A stretch of 64,000 nt of DNA from Rebecca billardiae RCC1528 (taxonomy: Eukaryota > Protista > Haptophyta). The stretch lies in assembly GCA_965240325.2 (NCBI GenBank), contig OZ251228.1, positions 2,170,001 to 2,234,000 of the forward strand. The letters run 5' to 3'. How positions within the stretch are numbered: the stretch's first letter is position 1; each line of letters starts with the position of its first letter. Position numbers and translations under genes: made by a program. Shown piece by piece: positions 56,216-64,000 of the stretch. Below the pieces are notes generated by a model. That model was not told where the DNA came from. It saw only the letters and a program-made list of their open reading frames with translations, and made no database searches.

Positions 56216-58053
56216 ATGCAAGGCGTCGACGAGCTCCGCGCGGAGCTCAAGCGCGCACGAGACGAGATGGGTCTCGTGCGGACGCCTGGTAAGATCGTGC
56301 GCAACTTCATACTAGTCATCATCGATGGCCTCCACGGCTTGCTCAACCTGCTCCTGCACCACAAGCCGCTGTTTGCATTCGTCGTTGCGCCGCTCCTCGC
56401 TGCGTGGACATTCACGCACATCGCCTACCCGGAGGCGTACCGCCCTCCCGTGTGCGGCGAGATGCCCGGAGGTGCCGGATGGGAGATGGAATTCGCCGTT
56501 CGCGAAGCCGCCTGGTGGATCACCCTCGGCGTGCTCTCGTCTGTCGGGTTTGGCACAGGCCTGCACTCGGGGCTTATGTTCCTCTTCCCGCACGTGATGA
56601 ACGTGGTCCTCACGGTGCGCGCAGGGCGCCGGCCGGCCCTCTCGTCGCGCCAGCTGGGTACAGCCACCTGCGCGCCCGGCAGCCGCCCTCGTGCGCTCAC
56701 TCGCCCGCCGGCCACGCGCGCGCGCCGCGTGGGGCAGGTGGAGAGCTGTGAGACCGTGTCCGGTCTACACACGTCGTACACGCACCCGTGCAAGCTGGAC
56801 TGCTCGACCACGCCGAACTACGACGACGGGACCGCCACCTTCCTCGCGATCGTCGCGAAGGTCTGGCCGTCCTGCTTCCTGTGGGGGCTGGGCACGGCCA
56901 TCGGCGAGCTGCCGCCCTACTTGGTGAGCAAGGCCGCACGGCTGGCCGGGCAGCGCAGCGGCGACTTTGAGGCGGAGATCGAGGCCGCGCGCACGTCGAG
57001 CGACGTGTTCTCGCGGCTCAAGCTGTGGACGATGGACTTCACCGAGAAGCACGGCTTCATCGGCGTGATGCTGCTCGCGGGCTGGCCGAACGCCGCGTTC
57101 GACATGTGCGGCATGTGCTGCGGCTACCTGCTGATGCCCTTCTGGACGTTCTTCCCCGCGGTGGTGGTGGGCAAGGCGGTGCTCAAGGTGAGCGGCCAGG
57201 CGTGCTTCTTCGTCGCGCTCTTCGGCAAGAGCTTCTACGAGACCGTGCTGAACGCAGCCGTCCGGCCGGTGGACGCGCTGAGTGCGCGCTACCTGGGCAC
57301 CTCCTTCTCCCTCGCTGAGCTGGGCAGCCAGAAGCGGCTCGAGCTGCTGCTCAAGTTCAAGAAGCAGGTGCGCGCGCACGCCGGCGCGCGGCGCGGCGCG
57401 CGGCCCGGCGCGCGGCCCGGACTGTCGGCCTGCCGGACCTCGGCGCACGCGCGCGCGCGCATGCGCGTGCGCACACGAGTGCGCGCCTCGCCCCACGCGC
57501 GCGCTCGGTGCAGACACGCTACTCGCCACACACGCTCATGAGCAAGTTTGGCTCGCGCAAGGGCCTGGAGCTCTCGGGCCTGAAGCGACTGTTCACCGAC
57601 TTTGGCGACGCAAACGAGCGCGGCGAGATCGCCAAGCGCGTGCTCAAGCTGTGGGACGACAACGGAGACGGCGCTCTCTCGCACGGCGAGCTCGACCCGC
57701 TCGTCTCCTCGACCGACGGCCAGCTGTCGCTCGGCGAGCTCGACCGCGCGGTCGCCGCAACTTCGCTTGTCAAACGGGTGCGCTGCGCTCGGGCACGCGC
57801 GCGCACACCCGGTTCACACCCTCGGTGCACGCTGCGCTCGGCGGCGCGTCCCTTGCTCTGACCCCGCACCACCCTCGCCTTGCCCGCCCGCGCCCGGCCG
57901 GACGTGCCGCCTCCGCAGGGATGGGAGCTGGTGGTCTTCAGCCTGATCGGCTGGTTTGCCATCTCGACGGTCGTCCAGCTTGCGGTCGCCAAGCAGCTGG
58001 AGATGGACGAGGAGACGGTGGCCAAGCGATCGGCGGGGAAGAAGCAGCAGTGA
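56216..58053 (+). CDS. VMP1: Vacuole membrane protein 1 (VTT domain) with EF-hand insert; introns 56615-56737, 57368-57513, 57778-57918
   Basis: WWITLGVLSSVGFGTGLHSG, WGLGTAIGELPPY, WPNAAFDMCGMCCGYLLMPFWTFF, GKA. Confidence 0.92.
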
Positions 58054-58393
58054 GCACCTCGTCGCCCCGGATTGGCGGGCTCTTTATTCTGCGGGCCGGG
58101 CAGCTGAGCCGTACTACTCACTGATGAGTAGTCGATCGTCATATAATATATAGGGCTCCGTCGTAAACTTTCTGGATCAGACTTGCGAATAAATATACGA
58201 CGTGTCAAGGCTCAAGCTCTGATGATGACGATTTATAATAATATTATTTATTTATTATTAATTATTTATAATAATTTATTTGCAAGCGCCGCTGACTATA
58301 CGGTCGTCATCATGATTCACGAATCATATGATCATCATCATCGCCCGTGACCGTGTCGTCAGCATCAGAATGTCCGTGTCGTCGTCAGCATCA

Positions 58394-59572
58394 TCAGATC
58401 CAGAAGTGTGATCGGATGCCCATCTCGCGGAAGCGTCGCATCAGTCTGAGAGCGTCCTCCACCGAGCCCCCGCGCTGCCGCAGCCGCACAGCCAGCTTCC
58501 CGCCCCAGAAGAACATGAGCTTGCGCTTGTACCCGAATCGGCTCTTCTCACGCACGATGAAGTGATACTCGAAGAAGAGCTCATCGATCAGACGGCTCGC
58601 GTTCGTGCCGCGCGCATTCGTGGCGATCTCGTGGATGATCTCGTGCTCGACCGCAAACATGTCGATGTCGAGCTTGAACGCGACGAAGTCCTCCTCGCGC
58701 GCGACACGCGCAAGCGTGAGGAGCGGGTCAACCTCGTCGCTACCGCCGGTTCTCACCGGCTTGTTCACAAAGGTCAGGTGCGGCCGGACTTCAGCCGGCA
58801 CGCTCCGCCACCACGCCTCCGGTGGGTACGGCTGCGCCTCCCAGCCCCACATGTGGTCAAAGTGCACGCATTGCTCGGCGTACAGCTCGCGGAAGAGGGG
58901 GAGCGATGGGCCCACCGCGAAGCCCGTGTCCTTGCGGGTAGGAACGTGCTTGCGCCGCCCCCGCATGGCCGATTGGTCCCACACCGTGCAGCCCACGTCG
59001 AAGAAGAGGTTGCGCCCAGCTCGTCGGCTCGAGGCCTGCGTCTTGGGGCACTGCGAGTGGAGGATGATGTGCCGGATGTCGAACATGCGCGATTTGTTGT
59101 GCGCCGGCGGCTTTCTCCATCGGGTGGCGTGCGCCGGGCAGCCCACGTCTGCGAGCGGATGCCGAGCGATCGCCGACAGCGGCTCGATCGGCTCAGCAGA
59201 GCAAGCGGCGGTCCCTCCCGGATCTGGCGGCGATGCATCGTGGGCGTTGCTTCGGCAGCGCACGAGCTGTGAGACATGCATTGGTGCGAGCTGAGCGCCG
59301 GCGGCGGGGTGAGCATCGATGATGGGCTCGCCTCGGCGCCATCTCGCTGCGAGGTCGAGCGCCTCGTGCTGAGAAGCGAGCTGGGCAGCGGACTGGGCCG
59401 TCGAGCAGATGCGGCCATCGACGGGGGTGCCGTTGAACCAAGCGCGCTCGGCCACAGATGGGACGTAGAGTAGGGCAGAGTCCAACGCGCTCAGCCCGTT
59501 CAGCTCCCGCGGCGTCGCTGTCACGATCGCGGCGATGGCGGCGATGATGACTGCCGTCGGCCGGCACCCCAT
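58394..59572 (-). CDS. Secreted or membrane-anchored FkbM-like methyltransferase-fold protein
   Basis: Signal-like N-terminus; NLFFDVGC, FDHMWGWEA, DFVAFKLDID..EHEII, LIDELFFEYH. Confidence 0.7.
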   Translation of the reverse strand: MGCRPTAVIIAAIAAIVTATPRELNGLSALDSALLYVPSVAERAWFNGTPVDGRICSTAQSAAQLASQHEALDLAARWRRGEPIIDAHPAAGAQLAPMHVSQLVRCRSNAHDASPPDPGGTAACSAEPIEPLSAIARHPLADVGCPAHATRWRKPPAHNKSRMFDIRHIILHSQCPKTQASSRRAGRNLFFDVGCTVWDQSAMRGRRKHVPTRKDTGFAVGPSLPLFRELYAEQCVHFDHMWGWEAQPYPPEAWWRSVPAEVRPHLTFVNKPVRTGGSDEVDPLLTLARVAREEDFVAFKLDIDMFAVEHEIIHEIATNARGTNASRLIDELFFEYHFIVREKSRFGYKRKLMFFWGGKLAVRLRQRGGSVEDALRLMRRFREMGIRSHFWI

Positions 59573-59638
59573 GACATCTGCAAGCAGCTCGGGCGGCCAG
59601 CCTCGCTGTCTTACTGCAGACTCATCTTCTGTACAACG

Positions 59639-61058
59639 ATGGCGGCCGGCGGCCATCGGCGGCGCCAGCCCTGGCGGGGGCTGCCCCTAACCCTCATGGC
59701 GGCCAGCTGCGCAGTTGGTTCCGCGCGCGGGGTGAACCAGGCGTCGCGCCTGTACGCCCATCTCCACCCGCAACCAGGTGCGCCGCGGCCTGTTCTGTGC
59801 CCGGGCCGTTTTGAACACGCCACGTTCGTGCTGGACGCGCTGGAACACCGACCGTCCGACGCATGCGCCGACGTCAACGTGTCGCGGCCCATCCGCAAGC
59901 TGCGGACGAGCGCTCGTGGGCTGGTCAATCAGCTATACGAGGCCACGAACGCGTTGCGCGAGGCGTGTGCGGCGGGGCACCACCTCTTCGTCGAGGTCTT
60001 CGTGGATATGCGCACCCACCGGCGTGTGCCGATAGACGAGGTGGTTGATGTCGGGATCACCAGCCGCGCGCTGGCCGCGAACGCACATCGGCAGGCACGG
60101 CTGTGCCCGGGGACCGACGTGAGCATGGACTGCTCGCGCACGCGGCTGGTCAGTGCCGCTTGCCTATCCGATCCGCGGGCGCACATCGTATCGGCGGGGC
60201 GCAAGCACATGTTTCCCCGGCAGACCGCTCTGCTTGCCATGCTCGAGCTGCGGAGTCCGCGAGTGCCGTGGCAGCCGACGCACTGCAACTTCAACAAAGG
60301 GGCGAAGTACAATGCAATCCACTTCAACTTTGACGTCGACTGGCTCCTCTTCCTATGCCACAGCCAGCGCACCTACTTGAAATGGTGCGGTCGCAGGCGG
60401 GCCCCGGGATCGATGCGTGAGGAGCACGCGCCGCCCTGTGCTCAGCCCGTGGCCGCGCGCACGCGCCCGCACCCACCGCGCGGCATGCAGGTACGAACAT
60501 CGCATGCCGTACGCCGAGGAGCACTCGCTCGTCGGAGACACCAACAGCCGCGCGCACAAATTCGCGCGCAGGCGTGTGCTGCCCGTCGTCTTGAAGAGCA
60601 TGCGCACTGCGTTCCGCAACCCCGCACTGCCGCTGCTCGTGTGCACCTCCATCGGCAAGCTCACAAACTCGACGACGTGGCTGATCGGCGCGCTCGAAGA
60701 CGCTGTGTACGCGGAGTACGGCATGAACATCACGCTCTCGAGCAGCGCTGTGACCGAGCGCGAGCTCGCCGCGGCATCGGAGCTGCGGCTACTCGGCGGT
60801 GCAGAGGACGTGCTCCTCTTTCCGGGCTCGACCTTCTCGGCGTTCGCTGGGATGCGCGTGTACATGCGCGGAGGGAAGGTCTCATACATTCCCGATCTCC
60901 GGAGCTCGTGCAAACGCGGCTCCGCTTCGAGGTCGTCGATGCACAGCGTCATGGCGCGAGCTATGAAACTCCGTGGCAATCACTCTGCATCCAGCTCCAA
61001 CGCACTCGGGCGCAGCGCTCACGGAGGTGGAGAGGCTTGCAGCGCTGACTTCATCTAA
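59639..61058 (+). CDS. O-fucosyltransferase-like glycosyltransferase; intron 60385-60490
   Basis: Signal-like N-terminus; ARGLVNQL, YNAIHFNFDVDW, RELAAASEL..LLFPGSTFS. Confidence 0.65.
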
Positions 61059-61500
61059 GCCTGCCGGCTGCACTGGCCGTAGCCGGTCGTGCGCGGCGCC
61101 GCCGGCCCGGCAATGACCGGCGACAATAACTATACCACCGTTGACGAGCAACGGATTGCAGTGCCAGTAGCTACTCAGAAGTGAGTAGTGACGTTGAGCC
61201 ACTTGAGATCTAGTCTGACTCTGGGGTCTGAGCCATGTCTGAGCAAGGTCTGAGACTGAGCACCAGTTCAGTATAGTAGATAGGCCTGCTAAGGCCTAAG
61301 CACTTACAGTAGCTACCTCGCCGCCTCCATCTTGCGCACTGCCGCTGGAGAGCTGGGGCACTTGACCTCGCCAGGCTGGCTCGGGCGCCGCCGTCAGTGT
61401 CGACGACGCAGAGCGTTCCTCGCTCGTGGTCAGCAGCTCGTGCCGCTCACCGGGCCGCCGCCGCGCGCGAGGCAGAAGTCGCAGAACCGCTATTAGCGAG

Positions 61501-61965
61501 ATGTCAACGCTCATGATCGAGACCGAGCTGGGTGCCATCAAGCTGCGCTTGCGTCCTGACTCGGCGCCGGTGACCGTGGACTACATCAGCAAGTGCGCGG
61601 CGGCTGGCATGTACGATGGCAAGGGCTCATTCTACCGATCGGATTTCGTGATCCAGTGCGGCCTGCACGGCACAGGCGTGCAGAACCCCTACGGCGATCT
61701 CCCCGTGAATGAGACGAAGACCGGCACCTTCCTGACAAATTCGCGTGGCACAGCAGCCATTGCGCACTTTGACGTGCCAGACTGCGGAAACACCGAATTC
61801 TTCATCAACCTCGGTGCGAATACGCACCTCGACAGCGCGTACGGTGGCTACTGCGTGTTTGCCGTTGTCGAGGATGATGCAAGCTTTGCTGTGGTCGACA
61901 AGATTGCGAATGCAGTGAAGGCCAAGGGCCAGCCAAAGATCACGCGCATGCATGTCGTCGCATAA
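61501..61965 (+). CDS. Cyclophilin-type peptidyl-prolyl isomerase
   Basis: ETELGAIKLRL..APVTV, FYRSDFVIQCG, RGTAAIAH, EFFINL..HLD..YCVF. Confidence 0.9.
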   Translation: MSTLMIETELGAIKLRLRPDSAPVTVDYISKCAAAGMYDGKGSFYRSDFVIQCGLHGTGVQNPYGDLPVNETKTGTFLTNSRGTAAIAHFDVPDCGNTEFFINLGANTHLDSAYGGYCVFAVVEDDASFAVVDKIANAVKAKGQPKITRMHVVA

Positions 61966-62407
61966 CAGTCACCTTCGTGATCGTCTTCTCCGAACTCACG
62001 ATTCGTTCGATCGTGCGATGCCGAGCCCGAGCACGGTCCCAGCAGTGCGAGGAATGCTGATTTTTTCGACTGCAGGTCTTTGCTCGCGCCTGATACTTCC
62101 TCACGACGCGCCGAGGGACGGCTGTATACCTAGCCGTACTGACTCGCAGTCTAGGCTGCCCGCAGCTCGCCGGGGGCCCGCCGCCGGGCGGCCGCAGGGC
62201 CCGCGGGCGCGGGTCGCCCTCGGTCCGCAGCCTGTCGCGCCGTCGGGCTGTCGGCGGCGGCATCGTCGCGGGCCGCATTGTATGAATTCACCGTTCAGGC
62301 GTCCAGCACGCCCTACGAGGCGTGTTCACTCATATGCACTGCAATTGCACCGTACTACGTCTACTGTCGTATTGCCTCTTAATGAGGCGCTAGCAGCAGT
62401 TCAGCAC

Positions 62408-64000
62408 TCACTGCAGCGTCGCACGGTGATGAGGAGGAGCGCTGGCACCAGACGAAGCCTGGTCTGGCCGCTTGCGCATGCCGTTCGAGCCACTGGCGGG
62501 AGCGGTGGTGGCCACTGCGCCGGTCTGGGTGGGCTGAGAGGCGGCAGCCGTGGCCCTGTCCTGCTCGACCATGGCAGCGAGGTATTGGCGGTCACGCATC
62601 GAGAGCAGTGGCATGGTCTTGCCGTGCAGGTTGTACGCGGTCGACTTGGCGTGCACCAGGATGCGGTCGAGCGGCGGCACGACAAACGGCAGGAAGGGGA
62701 GGGCGAGCATGCCGTACAACACGCGCGCCCAGTAGAGGAGCGAGCGCTGCCGCCAGCCGGAGGTCGTGACGAGCGCGTGCAGCGCCAAGATGCCCGCTAG
62801 CATGAAGCACACCAAATCGTACGCCAGCATCGGCCGCAGCGCGCCGCCGCGCTGCAGCGTGTACGTGAGCCAGCCAAAGCACGTGTCCCGGTCGTGCGCG
62901 ATCTCCTCGAGCAGCAGCCGCGTCTCGCCCCGCTGGTACCCGCCGCCCTTCCTGCCGTCAGCGGGCCTGTCCGCGCCGGCTCGTCTGTGCTGCGAGGACG
63001 CGTTCTGCTCCGGCTTGCCGCCCGCAACGGCGACGCTTCCCCGGCCCCCTGTCTCGGTCGATCTGCGGTGCTCGCTGCTGCCGCCTCCGCGCTCGAGGTC
63101 GGGGGCTGTGCCGGCGTGGTTGAGGCTCTTGCGCCCCCAGCGCCGCGGCTCTGGCTGCGGCGGCGCGGGCTCGGCGGCGCGGGCGGGGCTCTTGCGCCCC
63201 CAGCGCCGCGGCTCTGGCTGCGGCGGCGCGGGCTCGGCGGCGCGTGCGGGGCTCTTGCGCGCCCAGCGCCGCGGCTCCGGCTGCGCCTCCGCCCGCGCGG
63301 CGCTGCGCTCGCGCTGCTCCTCGATGGTCGCCGCCTTGACGAGCCGCTGCCGCTCCTCCTGCTCGAGCACCGCGCCGAGCGCGCCCTTCTGCCGCGAGAA
63401 GGGCAGCAGCAGGAACGCGCCCCACACGAGCAGCACGTTGAGCGTGAACGCCACGTTCTCCCACATGAACCCGTAGTACATGCCTGGCGCGCCGCGGCTG
63501 CTCATGTGCTCGCACGTGTCGTGCGCGGCGCAGTACTCGATGCGCACGCCGCCGATCAGCCCCGACATCGTGGCCGAGAGGAACTGGAACCCCTTGAACT
63601 CGAGGATGAACTGCGTGAGCTGGTACTCGTCGTGCTTGTCGCGGAAGAGGAAGAGCGCGAGGAAGGTCATCGGCTGCACGCCGTACACGGGGCAGAGGAA
63701 GCACGCCATCAGCGGCCAGTACAGCCAGAGCTTGATCTGCGCCCAGAAGGAGCGGTCGTACGGGTACAGCGTGTACAGCACCGCCGCGCGCACCTTGCGG
63801 TACGGGCTCGGCCACCACGGCAGCGGGCTCATCGCCTGCCGGATGCGCCGCAGCTCGGCGCGCCGCTTGAGCTGCGCGTAGTACGTGTTCTCGAGCAGGA
63901 TGCCCGCCAGCAGCTCGCGCTCCCACTCGTTCCACGCCCAGCGCGTGAGCCGGCCGATCCGCGCGCGCAGCAGCTCGGGCATGTCCGCGTCAGACGTCAT
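62408..64000 (-). CDS. Multi-pass membrane protein of unknown function (5' end may lie outside the window)
   Basis: 530-aa codon-biased ORF with several TM segments; DEYQLTQFILEFKGFQF. Confidence 0.75.
   Translation of the reverse strand: MTSDADMPELLRARIGRLTRWAWNEWERELLAGILLENTYYAQLKRRAELRRIRQAMSPLPWWPSPYRKVRAAVLYTLYPYDRSFWAQIKLWLYWPLMACFLCPVYGVQPMTFLALFLFRDKHDEYQLTQFILEFKGFQFLSATMSGLIGGVRIEYCAAHDTCEHMSSRGAPGMYYGFMWENVAFTLNVLLVWGAFLLLPFSRQKGALGAVLEQEERQRLVKAATIEEQRERSAARAEAQPEPRRWARKSPARAAEPAPPQPEPRRWGRKSPARAAEPAPPQPEPRRWGRKSLNHAGTAPDLERGGGSSEHRRSTETGGRGSVAVAGGKPEQNASSQHRRAGADRPADGRKGGGYQRGETRLLLEEIAHDRDTCFGWLTYTLQRGGALRPMLAYDLVCFMLAGILALHALVTTSGWRQRSLLYWARVLYGMLALPFLPFVVPPLDRILVHAKSTAYNLHGKTMPLLSMRDRQYLAAMVEQDRATAAASQPTQTGAVATTAPASGSNGMRKRPDQASSGASAPPHHRATLQ
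63124..63285. repeat. In-frame 63-bp tandem repeat, ~2.6 copies (QPEPRRWGRKSPARAAEPAPP)
   Basis: Period 63, copies start at 63124, 63187 and 63250. Confidence 0.9.

Overview
Very GC- and CpG-rich eukaryotic nuclear DNA with short GC-rich GT-AG introns, most with GTGCGC donors. It carries flagellar genes (BBS1, CFAP119), so a flagellated alga such as a haptophyte is likely; this is an inference. About 20 single-copy genes lie mostly in tight head-to-head pairs, separated by transposon-derived DNA: a Shaker/AKT-like CNBD-ankyrin channel, F-box/LRR, UCH deubiquitinase, PP2C, BBS1, CFAP119, an amino-acid transporter, FEX, DGAT2, DPH5, ECHDC1-like, LRR, RlmI-like, an RS-rich protein, VMP1, a methyltransferase-like gene, a glycosyltransferase-like gene and a cyclophilin. 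The most notable region is 13.9-26.0 kb: three tandem ~4 kb cassettes separated by (GA)n. Each pairs an O-fucosyltransferase-like gene head-to-head with an EsV-1-7 (C-x4-C-x16-C-x2-H) repeat gene. The 114-bp repeats differ in number (9/8/10) and order, and vary at a few fixed residues, while the rest of the cassette is nearly identical. Other points: nested and polymorphic MITEs, repeat copies that decay by short duplicative insertions, a channel with a non-canonical filter, and a VMP1 with an EF-hand insert. All calls come from reading motifs by eye; no searches were run.
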